DNA from: Trichoplax sp. H2
Taxonomy: Eukaryota
Length of the DNA: 64,000 nucleotides
Assembly (NCBI GenBank): GCA_003344405.1
Contig: NOWV01000125.1
Coordinates: 1 to 64,000, forward strand
Direction of reading: 5' to 3'
A program made the position numbers and the translations under genes. Positions 14,201 to 26,800 of this stretch are shown here, piece after piece. The notes beneath the pieces are model-generated. The model was not told where the DNA came from and did not search any database. It was given only the letters and a program-made list of their open reading frames with translations. The first letter of the stretch is position 1. Every line of letters begins with the position of its first letter.

Positions 14201-17183
14201 TGAACGAATCTCAAGTATCGATAATCATTTACACGATTAGATCCTTGCGAAATTCGAGCCATAAAATTAAATAATACCGCATCACAGTCTTTAAGCTATA
14301 ATCAGGCTATAAAACTCCATCAAGAATGTCAATCGCATAATTCATGGATTAGTTATTATCATTGGTACAGTGCTGATCAAACAAAACCCTGCACAAGCAT
14401 AGCTAGAAGACTAGGTGTTAAGCAAACAGGTAAAATATTTTCCAAGTGTGAAACAATCACCTTTGGATTTCTCAATCAACCGTATATACAATCTGATTAC
14501 GCGATTAATTTTCAAGCGCTTTCTGTAAGCTTCGTGTTAGGCAATAATGAAGTGTTTCTATAACCGCAAATAGAAGTTTGAAATAATGTTCTTACCGATC
14601 ATATTTTAAAATCGGAAGTGTATTCTTATTATACATGTACTATTTATTTCACTGGCTAATGGAATGCGGACAATCGTAATTTTTGGCCTAATTCTATATA
14701 GTGGTTGTTTTTCCCCAAGTAAAAATAGTTAATATCTAATTAATTGCGAGCTGACGCCTATACAAGTAATCGTTCTGCTTTTAGCAAAAGTTTACTAACG
14801 CAAATCAGCATAGGAACTGTAAAATCTTAATATTGATCTTACCCTAAATTAAGAACAGCATAATAGTAGCACTATTTCAGTTCACTAACTAGATATAATC
14901 ATCTTTCTTAGACAATCAGAGTAATGAACAAATTGAGAGTTTTACGGTATGTATTAAAGCAAACTCTCATTCTTGTGCCCGCAAAGCGATAATTCATGCC
15001 AAAAAGTGTGCAGGTTACACAGTGTACAGAGCCAAGCCAGTGACTGCTTGCTATTTGAATGCTTGCAGCAAAATCCAAGGTAGTTACTAATACTTTATGA
15101 TAACATACAGTAATGCTCCGCCTCATGATTTTTCCTAACTTACAATATTAAATGTTCTGCCGATTGTCAATGTAGACGACTGCTTATCAAATCCATGCCA
15201 TCATGGAGTATGCATCATGAAAGAGACCAGCTTTCAATGCCACTGCGAAGATGGCTATTTTGGACGCTATTGCCAATTAAGTAACCTAAATTACAATATT
15301 TTGAAATGATTGCTGTTTTTATTATTATTACAATTATTTAATCCATCAGTCTTTCATATAATTGTCAAATATAATCGCTAGTGTAGTAATCGATACAAAT
15401 TTTAGCCTCTTGTTTTTCGAATATATCCTTGGGATAGGTGTCTGTCAATCAAATCCTTGCTACAGTGGCCTTTGTCAGCCTACAGCAAATGGATATCGAT
15501 GCCAGTGTTTTAAAGGATTTTATGGAAAGCAATGCGAATTCGGTTAGCTATAGTAGTATAGAGCAAAAGATCAGCATAGAACTGTACCAGGCTGCATAAT
15601 AATGCAGCTCCCTTGAAATTATTCTGTTCGAATATTAAATCTATAATAAAATCGAATAATGGTTACGTAGAGAAAAAGATCAAGTGTTCTAGCAAATACT
15701 ATTATAGTAGAGTTTCATTTTTAAGCAACATAAATATCGATACATGAGTACGATTTATATATGTATTGAACAGACGTATGCAACTCTAATCCTTGCGTAA
15801 ATGGCCATTGCTTATTAAGTCATGGTGGATACCAGTGCATTTGTAATAAAGGATATAACGGTACAAATTGTGAATTAAGTAAGTCTACTTGTTTTTCAAT
15901 ATAATTTACAACAATGACTAACACCCAATTAGACTTCTTGTCCAATTTTAATCTGCTATTTGTTCTTAATAGAAAAAAATTAAACATTGTGACATGACAA
16001 TATATATGAACGTGACCGTATGCGAAATCGGTCATTTTGCAAACTGCCCATATTTTTCTATCATTTGCAGGTATATGTAACAGCCACAGGAATCCTTGCC
16101 TTCATGGAAGCTGCGTTATTAAGAGTGATGGCGGCTATCGATGCAACTGCTTTTCTCAATATACTGGAGCTCATTGTGAAATTGGTAGGTGGCTTTATGT
16201 TTCAATTTATGTAAAGATGTTAACTACGCAACTGGAAATGAACAACCGGTAGTAGTTTGTAATCATTTTTTCACTTTCTAAATAATCCTTTAACCACTAA
16301 TACTTGATGAAAGATGATATGGTATAAACTTCTTCTGATTTAAGGAAAATGTTCATCAATTATACTAAATTTGATCAGTTCTATTACTGAGATCGCTTAC
16401 CTAGCGCATAAGTAGCATCATTCTTTGCTAATCAATCACTACCTTTCTATTTTAGAACAATGTTCAATGAGCTTTAAATCTTGCTTAGATATAGCTAGAA
16501 ATAAGACCGTAACGCCACGTAATGGATTATACCGTGTTTATTATACCAGAGCATGCTTAGTCAACGCTTATTTGCCGAGGATTTGGTGGATTTATTGCGA
16601 TTTTACGTCTGAGCCCGGTTATGCATGGACATTAATTGAATCATTTTCACGCTATCAACGATATAACCCAAACATTAATCTTGCATTTCGATATAGCAGT
16701 GGTGTTAATAATGGAGCAAGGCGAGGTAGCAATTGGTCCTATTTTCGCCTAAGCTTAGCTCAAATGCATTACAGCTATGAGCAAGATCGCCTATTAACTT
16801 CACCAATGTGGCGCGCAACTTGCAATTATAACCCTGAAAACCCACACCGATATTATTCAAATCACCCTTTCGATTATATGCGTGGTTACTTTGATCAATT
16901 TAATATCTTAAGCTATACTGGCCAAGGCAAATGTCGTCTTGTTGATTACATTAATATTCATGGCCATCAATGTAGTAACTGTTTACGAGCATTTTGGGCA
17001 GACAGCGGAACTCACCTCCACACTAAATATTCTACAAAATTATGTTGTATTGGCAGGCAATGCTACAGCAGTACAACTGGAAATGAAGATAATTTTGGCT
17101 ATTATCAATACTATAATCCCATATTTTCATGTAGCAGTAGCCCACAAAGTACTACCAATTGGTGGATTGGTGGTAAAATTTAA
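5272..17183 (+). CDS. Secreted modular protein: 5x uromodulin/GP2/OIT3-type D8C domains, 13 EGF/cbEGF repeats, C-terminal fibrinogen-C-like domain
   Basis: Putative signal-peptide exon 5272-5305 ([11 protein letters not shown]). D8C exon pairs 6300-6512/6744-6908, 8034-8258/8660-8824, 10499-10711/10995-11153, 12853-13065/13259-13420 (DPC..WYRF..C...GW...HP / VCF...C......I.VKNC....Y.L......RYC) and a divergent pair 14241-14429/14912-15079. EGF exons start at 8939, 10061, 10253, 11558, 12243, 12531, 13536, 13813, 13998, 15176, 15438, 15774, 16071. Terminal exon 16456-17183 ([26 protein letters not shown]). Internal exons are phase 1 and multiples of 3. Start codon not identified. Confidence 0.85.
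5611..5895. repeat. Intronic direct repeat, 2 copies, period ~190 bp
   Basis: TCTACCTAAAT.AGATTGAA...GTAGT.GATATGTAGTCTGACA.AGTACATCAAT at ~5615 and ~5806. Confidence 0.85.
7228..7892. repeat. Intronic tandem repeat, 3 diverged copies of ~215-235 bp
   Basis: ACTAGTTATCAT..GAAGTGAT..GAATTAAC..TTTCTAG.AAGTTA.CATAT recurs at ~7288, ~7504 and ~7737. Confidence 0.85.
9484..9830. repeat. Intronic direct repeat, 2 copies, period ~216 bp
   Basis: GATTATTAA.CATAAGAA.AAGTA.TGATA.TGAG..TATATTTATACC.TTTTTGGAAA.TCCTAAA at ~9484 and ~9700. Confidence 0.8.
11829..12221. repeat. Intronic direct repeat, 2 copies, period ~215 bp
   Basis: CTATTGA.AT.G.G.TGCTAAATTAATTA..TCTAGAGT..TTCGTTATTA.TCTAG..TATAAAATGCTAATAAACC at ~11829 and ~12044. 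Confidence 0.85.
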
Positions 17184-17720
17184 TGGATCAAATAAGTGAT
17201 TAATTTTATTGAACATTCTTCCACTCTATTAAATTGAAGCTATCAGTATTGCAGTTTATACTGATGATCGTATATTCTGCGGTTCGAGGTAGCTTTAAGA
17301 TTTCAAGAAGTTATCAGCTAAAACATTATCGAAATTTGAAACTTTTTTTTAAATGTGACTTTATTTTCCTTACCTTGTCATTCGTGGTATTAAATTTAAA
17401 TTCGAATTGCGATGATCTAAATATTATTCTACATTGTGAAACTCTTTGCGTCTAAAAGCTGTTTAGCTAATTATTTGTTAACTGGCAATTAATGCTAGCA
17501 CCAAATAATGATAACTAATTTCTTTACGTTTCTGTTAACAGTTCTTAACTATAAACATAACTGTGATTTTTAATGATGTACTAGTGAAATTAATTTCCAA
17601 TAAAAAATAGACTTTGTTCGTATTTGTTATATTTTAAGAGTATATTGTTATCGCATCCTTAATCTAGGTTTCTATAAACTTAGTGTTACTAGGGTCTTAA
17701 AATTACGTTTAGATCAGTTC

Positions 17721-18210
17721 TAAAACTATCATCTTTTAATTTCTTGACACTAAATGGCAGGAAATAAATAATCTATTTCTACTTTTTGTAACTGATTTAT
17801 TATTTTTAACTTATGTATTACGTAACTGCCAGATCACTAATACAAATTTAGCTTGCATGTCCAGCAACTGATGGTAATAATCGCTTCCAAAAATTATCAT
17901 CTTTTAATTTTTTGACATTAAATGGTAATAAATATATAATCTATTTATAATTTCTACGATCGGTCTGTTATTTTCACTTATATATTGCTTAACTACTAGA
18001 TCAATGATGCAAACTCAACTTGCATGCTCAACGAGTGATGGTATTCATTGTATCCTAAAATTATCATCATTCTATTTTTGACACTAAATGGTAGAATGCA
18101 TATAATCTATTTATACTTCCTGCTATCGATTCATTATTTTTACTAATTTATTGGCTACAAGATCAATGACATAAACTCGATTTTGTATGCCCAAAAACTG
18201 ATAGTAACAG
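17721..18210. repeat. Intergenic tandem repeat, 3 copies of ~167 bp
   Basis: AAAA.TATCATC.TT..ATTT.TTGACA.TAAATGG..ATAATCTATTT..AGATCA.T.A..CAAA..CTGATGGTA recurs at 17721, 17889 and 18056. Confidence 0.85.
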
Positions 18211-20896
18211 TAAAATCGCAAGTGATTAGTTATAATTGATTAAATAATACAGAATACTCTGATCTATTATTACTTTTGAGAGGAGTATAGCAGACTATTA
18301 TTGCTTCAGATATGCGCTAACAAATATTAGAACAGTACCGGTATATGATTTATATGAGTTTTAACTCAGAAGGAGCTGAGGTGTAAAGCATCTCAGTGTG
18401 ACGGAACCAAGTTGCTTTATTAAACTTAATTTAATTCTCTAATATGTATTAGTGAACTGATTTGATTGCTGTGATTTCGAATCCAGGTTCGAAACGGAGG
18501 AAGGAGTAGTGTTACGGCTGGTGTTTTACCGTAAATAATATTTTGTCTATTAAGCTTTTAGAAAACTGGTTAAAGGTAGAACTAAAGGATTAGCATAGAA
18601 AGTATGTGTTAAAATTAAGACGGAGAATTTAATACTTAAACTTGTTTCCTGTTAGACCTTAGTGTTAAGACCAAATAAATGGATGGTATCAGTTAGCGTA
18701 ATATTTTAATTAACATTCTCTACAGCTTATGCTATATATTAAATGAATTGCTCTAGAAAATAATATCTGACTTATTAATTTATTAATTAACTTTTCCTTA
18801 CACATAAATCTGTAAATAGCGTACAAAAGTATATGAGCTCGTTCTACGTCCTGAGTTAGAGCAGCCGTTCCTTTATGATTTATTACTACTGCTAGACATT
18901 ACTATAGTAAAGTACATTTACTTCAAGTTAACCGAGCAGTGGTATTACTGTGTAGAAGTAGTTGGTCTTTATTCAGTAAATCTACGAAGTTAGTTGGAGA
19001 TAGTTAAACTACTGCCGTATTTTCTGAAGAAAATTTACACGTAGGAATTCAATAATTTAAATGAGCTGATTTCTACCTTAACATTCATTTTCTCTTTTAT
19101 TGCTACAAAAGTTAAGTGAGTCACGACAAAATTTTTACACCTTTTCATTTCATGTTAATTAGTCTTACTTGCTATTTGCCTAAAGTTACGACAGGACCGT
19201 AAATTACTTATTTCTGAATCCATATCGTTATGGTATAATTCAGACCTAATGCTTATATAGTAAAAAGTTTCTCAAATAACTTTGTAGGTGTTCGTTTGAA
19301 GACGGTATGAATAAGATTACTTCTACAGGACTACGATCAAAATATACGAAAGTTGTCATCAGATATCCAAGCCTAAGTACCGTCGCTAATAATTAGGCTG
19401 TTGCAATAAAGATTCCTTTCCATCTCCCGCTGGCGATTTGATTAAATAAATAAATTAACACGCGTTTATTCAGAATTTAATTTTAATCTTTTTATAAGGT
19501 TAATGATAAATCTTCATCACTACGACTACAAAGTCAATTTTGCAACATCTTCCATAGTATGCCTTTGATTTAACACCTGCTACTCGTCTATGTATGCTAT
19601 TCTTTTTATGTCGCTACTTTAAATATTATATGGCTACCATATTCTAAGCTGCCAAAGAGTAAAGTTTATGGACTAACAATTATATTAAAGTCGATTTCTG
19701 CATATCATCTGCTTTAATGAATTTAACTCTAAATAGAAAGCAGCATCTACGGATACTGACTGTATTGCTGTTGCGATTGAGGCTGTATCCTATGTGTTAG
19801 GGTTATACTGCTGCAATGGGTTGTACATATCTTATTCTAAAAATGGATTGTTAAAAATTATAATGTTAGCATGCACATATTTCAAACGTATGCTCACTGA
19901 AGAAGACAAACAGAGAGCTCATTTTGAAAGATCATGAGTCGCGTTATGAACTTATTTTGTAAATGGATAGCATATAAGTTTGCAGTATACCAGTAAATAA
20001 CTGAAAAGTGAATTGAGCTAACTCGGTCATTAATCTGATCCAATCATTCTCTTAATTCCACTGCATTCACAAATATCTTATAATAATATTAGAATCGAGT
20101 AAAAAACGACAAAAATGAAAAGTTCAAGGGTGACTTAGCTCTGAACGTATGAAATCTAGCTATAAGAAATTTCAGTTATAAAATTCTGACGCAAATCTGT
20201 TGATCACAGTAAATAAACATGTTGATTTATGTCAACAAGAAATCGATCAATGTCCAACTTTGATCGGGCTCCGCCACAAAGATTCCATTATTGCAACTTC
20301 TACTCGCTATTAGATTATGCTATATAATCTTACCTAAATTATTATCGTATAAAATCACTCATCCAGCTTTCTGATATAGGTAAAACCAATACTATACCAG
20401 TAATTTCTAAATTTTTAGCTTTCAAAATTAACAAATAAGGCTAAATATCTCTAAAAAAATTTCGGTCAAGTAACCTGAGCTATTTGTATACCGGTGTTCA
20501 AAAATTTTTAATCACGGTACGGCTCTTATACGTGTTATTTATTCATTCTTGCAATTGTTTCAGCATAGAAGCATGTTGCAGATTCAACAAAGATACTTTA
20601 TCTCAATTTATTTTTTATCCCAATAATAATAATATATCAAAAATGTCAATAAAAGGCCAATATTGGTCATATCAGTGAGATATTTAACAACGTCATAAGC
20701 TACTAATTTGAAATGCAGATTCATTAAGCAAACCAGCTAGCTCATAGTCCACAACCCCAGCTAATCGAACTGATTAAAAAATTTTGCTTGATCGCAGCAA
20801 TATACCAATAGCGCTCTTCATCAGTTCAAGCTTGGTCATTTGAATTAAAGATCTTAGCAATTGATGTAATTCCAGAAAATGACATCGTTAAGGCTA

Positions 20897-23800
20897 ATGC
20901 AAGCTTTTACGCTTGTTTATATATTCACGGTAACGATCGAAGCGTTAAAACTCTTTTTATTGTCGTATAAAGACCTAATAAATACATGATGAATTAAAAT
21001 TTGGCTTGCGATTGCTATTTAAAATGTACTAATCCACTTTGTAAATTTGTGCGTAGATCCTTCATGTACTTGTCCTCGGCCAAGGTAAGATGCCTTATTA
21101 GCTTTGACCTTTATAGCTAGATATGATCCTGAAATTTGATACTATTTCCGTTATTATTTCCATCACATTAATAGTACACTTACCCTCATCGAAGGATTCC
21201 AATTAATCAAATAACTTAGTCTTCTACAACACGTACTATAGGAAAAAATGATGATGATTATACTCTTAATCAGAATTTATTGTTTTAATTCATTCTTATA
21301 ATATAACCTAACACTAATGTAACGAATCAATTTCTACTTAATTATTAGTATTTCTTACCATTCAATCTGCAATGTAGCTACTTATCGTTAACTACCTTAA
21401 AAAATATCCGACAGAAGGTTCTATCATCAGGTTAAAAGTTTTAATTGCTCTTAACTTGGGAGAACTAATAAATAGAGTTTCAAAGTCATTTTATCGCTGG
21501 CATCTGGATCATTTTCCTTATAGTTTACTTAATTCCTCGCTGGAATGAACTAAAATAGTTCGATTTCCGTTACTTTACTGAGATTTCTGCGATCTCATTG
21601 AATCAAAAAATGGCACACCTACATGCAATGATTATATGGTAGTTCACACGATGGTAGTTTGCCATTATTAGAAATGTGATTCAGCTTTTCAATTGTTAGT
21701 CCAATTTTTAACCATAGTGTCAACTACTTGTTATAAGATTATATGTTAAAATCATTTATGAACACTCATATTTGAACAAAATAACTCGTTTCAGATTTGA
21801 ATCACATTTAATCTACAATATTAATCCTTTCTAGACGAGATAATTTAATGATAAATTCTTTTTCTTTATAACTTCAATCATATCTTTAGTGTGGTATCGC
21901 AAATTCATGCGCCTGAGCTAAGATTAATTTTCCATTCAGCGTATCTCCTTTATAGTTTTGCAATTTTTAGTACTTTCTATGATCACTTTACGCTATTTAA
22001 GCAATTTCTATCGAGAACACTATCGGCTTGAAAATCATAATTACGCACTTATTACATCCTTTGAAATTAATTTCATGCTTTAAAAGCATTTGACACTATG
22101 ATATAGCCGGACAAGAAATTTCAAAATTTGTGAAAAGAATTAGAACTTTGTAAGATCTCTATACAAAGATGATCTACACATTGCTCTGCTTTAGCCGAAT
22201 ACAAATACAAATATTAGAAAAATTTCTAGACAGAGCTACTAGAATAACCTAAAATTGTCTATCGACGTACTTTTCGTAGCATATGCAGCTACAATCAGTA
22301 TAGCAATATTCTACCTAATTTTACAATTATACAGCGGATCATCTGTAATCCAAAATGTTAATTACTACTGTACACTAGAGTGCAGTAGTTACGTAGAAGT
22401 TATTCTTCCTACCACACTACAGTACGATGATTTAATCATATCCTAATATATGAATTACATACTTGCACCTATTTTAAGCTTTGGCTTCAATAGTATGACC
22501 TAATACGGTACTGTATATGGTATATGGTCATCTGCACTCGAATAAGAATCCACAGTTACGTTCTATGGCTATGGGGTACTAAATAAGAGTATACCTTAGG
22601 ATAAATATAGAAATCTAAGCTGCCGTGCACCATTCTAATCATGACTAGTTAATAATTTTTAATCTAATACTAAGTTACAGATACTAAGACTCGTCCATCA
22701 TTACTTAAGAGCTGAGTGCTCATTTCTGTACTAACAATTATAAGTAGTCATATCGAACTTAAGTATCACCTTAATTTAAATTAATTTATTAGCTCATTTA
22801 CATTAAATTTTCGAAGTTCAGTTTGTCCTAATCGTTATGTGACCATGATGCTCCTGACTCTGAATTAGTTAGCTGCTACAATAACCTGATAAAGGAATTG
22901 ATTTATTTCGGTGAGATTTGATAAAAAGATTTCTTTAAAATCAATATCATACATAATTCGTAAGGATTCTTCCTTATAAAAATAGATCTTGTCAAAATAA
23001 ATGAAATAGCTACGTATAAATAAGCAACAATCCAACTGATAGATCTATCTATGAGATATAAAGAAACTTAAAAGAAGATAAATTTTGAGATGCAAATACA
23101 ACATTAAAAATTAATGTTGGTATTTCTACCAACAAATTATCAGTATTGCATATCTGAACGAAAAAATCAAAAGTCTAAGTATAACGAGTTAAATTAGAAG
23201 CAGCTTTACTTTATGGGGAAGAGAAGTGGTGAAAGCTGACAATCTTATCATACAGTCTTGTAGACATTATTAGAAGGATGTATTCATGGTCCTTATTAAC
23301 ACTTTATATAGAAAAACAATACAGTAGTGCCATTGCTCAATATCTACATTAAATATATGTTAAGAGATTTATTTCGGTCTAAATCAAGTTCAAATCGGAA
23401 ATATTTGTCCAATCTATCTGTCACCTATTTCCATTTGTCATTAAAATAATTCAATCTATAAAGTTTCTTCATCTTTAGAAGAAATCTACACACAGTTTTG
23501 TTGAGATTCTATAAATTTTAACCGAAGGACGCAGCCACATCGATTAGGAATAGGCCTTGTACATTGTTCGATTCGAATTACTCTATTCCATAAGTAGAAT
23601 TGCTTTTATATTAATTTCAGTATTTCTAAATCCTATACCATAACTAATAAAGTAGTATAACAATTTTTTTTTCGGAATTTATTTTCTCTTATTATTGCTC
23701 CACTCCAGTATCATCTACTTAAATTTGAATACTTAAGGGGTATACAACTTTTTCTTTGAAAAGCCAAACTTAAAATAAAATCAGTACTTTTGTAGTTACA

Positions 23801-26800
23801 GTGATATCGCATTATTTGGATAGCATATGGTCTCTAAAATAAATACCGCTACTGATGATAAAGTGATAAATCTATCTTGGTAGGTAATCCATGCGACTCT
23901 AATCCATGTGTTCATGGAGCGTGCCAACAATCCGGTAATAGCTTTCAATGTTCCTGCAATAAGAATTACACCGGTTTGCTATGCGAAATAGGTAAAAATG
24001 AGTTAAAAAATGTTGATTCTGTGGCAAATTTGTAATAACACTAGTTTTTAGATCGGAAATGATGTCAATTTCTATCTTACAGACGTTCAGTTTACGTTTA
24101 ATAATAAATATTCAACTTGTTTACTCATTCTATATCTTCTTTCCTACGAAAATATCCTAATTGGCGAAATCTTGCGATTGCACATCCATTTATATAGACC
24201 CCTGCCAACAATATACAGAGTTAAATGAACCCGATCGCTCTATCCACACAGAAAGAAATGTCATCGTTAAATGCGATCTATTAGTCGTTAGAAACGAATG
24301 GTATCGCTTTACTGGAGGAGAAAATAGTGCAATGTTGGCTAGCAATTACGTCGAACATGGCAGATGTGCTTCGCTTTCCTCGGGTTGGCTACAAGATATG
24401 CATCCAACAGGTATAACTTGCAACGTTGAAGATCTAGTCTGCACCAATTATAATTTTTGGTGGAATGGCCTAAATATGAGTAAAATAGACGGTCGTGCAA
24501 TTAATGCACCTTGACGGATAAATTATAATTCATTGATTATTAATATCACTAAAAATCACTTGAATTTACACCGCCAACATAAAATTTTATAAAAACTTAT
24601 GATAGAAAAATATCGTATTATTAGAATCCGTTACTACTATTAAAGTAAAAGATATACAGTACTGATTTATATAGCTTGCTGAAATGGAATAACGAGGGTT
24701 TTATTCATTGCTATATAATCAAAAAGTAATTTCTGATATTTCAGTTCATGATACTCATGAAATCTAATCAAACTACCGGTATCAGTTTACCACGTTTACA
24801 GTATTGCCCTAAGCTTATCGTTTCCAAGCATTTCCATGTCATTTAATTGAAAGCCATAATCCTGTCACGTTATGACTATAGCCAACGCCTTCTGTACCGA
24901 AAATTAAATATTTAATCTTGATAAAAGATTTAAGATATTTTCATTTTTACCGAATAAAGCTTTGGTATTTCATTTATGATTATTTTATGTCGCATGCAAT
25001 GGCACAATTCAGCACCAGCTCATTACTCACTATTTGAATTCATTAGGTCCGCAAGGAATCATTGCGCGAAAAGTCTGTTACTCCTTCATTAATGAAAAAT
25101 GTAAATGGTCCAGCAATATTCAAATTAGAAATTGCGGCACATTCTTCACTTATAAACTGCCTGCACCTCCTTTATGTTCTTTAAGATATTGTACAGAACG
25201 ATTTTGTAAGTTCCCAGAATCATGATCATTGATATATGATTTACATTTTAAATTAAACGCTGAACGATTAATTATATATATAACTATTAATCTGTTGCTA
25301 TTTTCTTCGTTTAACAGCTTTTTGCCAACCTAATCCATGTCTTTATGGCACTTGCAACTCAGGAAAGGATAGCTACAATTGTATCTGTAATAATAATTAT
25401 CATGGCAAGAACTGTGATCAAAGTAAGCTCTTACCAAGTGTTATTACAAATCATTATGTACATATAAATACTGCACAATCAAATCAAATAACGGTAAATT
25501 GTAAGATTAATATTTAAGATTCCACTATATCAAAAATTAAATACCCAACATAAAATAAAAACGATATTTGTATACTGATATACCCGAAGATTATCTTAGA
25601 ATACCATTAAGGTTTAAAATCTTATAGTTTCTAAACTGATAAAATTGAAATAACACTTTAAATCCAAGATAGGTAATATACTGGAGCATTTCGGTTAAAG
25701 TTTAACATTTATAAATAGAAATCGATTCATTTGAAGCAATATTTACCATATTATCTCTAATAATGACGCTTTCTTATTATAGAAGATTAAAATCTTACAG
25801 TGATTGACTACGCTTGAAAATTGTGTTTATAAAATATTGATATTTACCGTACATATTTGGCAGTACTATACTTATGTATAGTAGTACTGGATATCTACGT
25901 CTTCGCATTTGAATTCATCGAATATAAAGTAATACTGCTCTCGCATAAATGAAAAGTACCGATTGATTTAAAAATACAGTAGTCGCAGAGTATTATAAAT
26001 TAATGTTTATAAGGCTGTTTGTATGCACGAGTATATGATCTTAGCATTCACGTTTTAACTGCATTGAAGCTATTAAATAACTATTAATTGTACATCTGCT
26101 GCGCTACAATTTTTACGTGATATAAACTAATTCCTTAGTACTTACGTAAAGTAGTTTATCCAAATGTATCCTATTCACTTAACTGCTTAGTCGCCCCCTT
26201 TTTAGCTAATCTATAGTTAATAGTAATTTAGCAATATTTTATTTATTAACTATTTCTCTCTGGTGTATTCAGAATTTGCAATTCCTTATTCTAAAACGTT
26301 TACTGCGTTACCTTCAGTATTCTCAACCTCTACAACACAAATTTTTTCGCTATCTAGTTTCTTGTCATTTAGTTATCAGGAAATACTGTGATTTATGCAT
26401 AATATCATATATTTATAAACGCTTATAACTACACTTTTACGAATGATATTGTAGGTTACTGCCAGCCCAATCCTTGTGAAAATCAAGGTCAATGTAAATC
26501 AAACGAAAGCGGTTATAATTGCACATGCCCTACAACATACTACGGAAAAACTTGCAGCCAACGTAAGATGTATTACAATTAAACCTGTTAAGTCGAATTG
26601 TATATATCCCCTACCTTCTGTTATACAACTTAGTAATTAGCTACAATAGACTCTGTATATTTATTGACCGCACATAATATGTAAATTTATGCTTTCAGAG
26701 TATTGCCAACCTAGTCCATGCGTTCAAGGCACTTGCAATGCTTTTAAGGACGGCTATAATTGTTCATGTACTGGAGATTATCAAGGAAAACATTGCGATA

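Noticed and set aside
107-16184. Notch or Delta/Jagged identity for the EGF arrays
   Set aside because: No DSL, LNR, ankyrin or TM segment; EGFs are interleaved with D8C domains.
18360-18510. GGTTCGAAAC B-box-like word and a small hairpin, suggesting tRNA or SINE
   Set aside because: No cloverleaf or properly spaced A box could be built.
22255-22446. 63-aa hydrophobic ORF within the dispersed repeat
   Set aside because: The other copy has an early stop and indels; no evidence of coding constraint.
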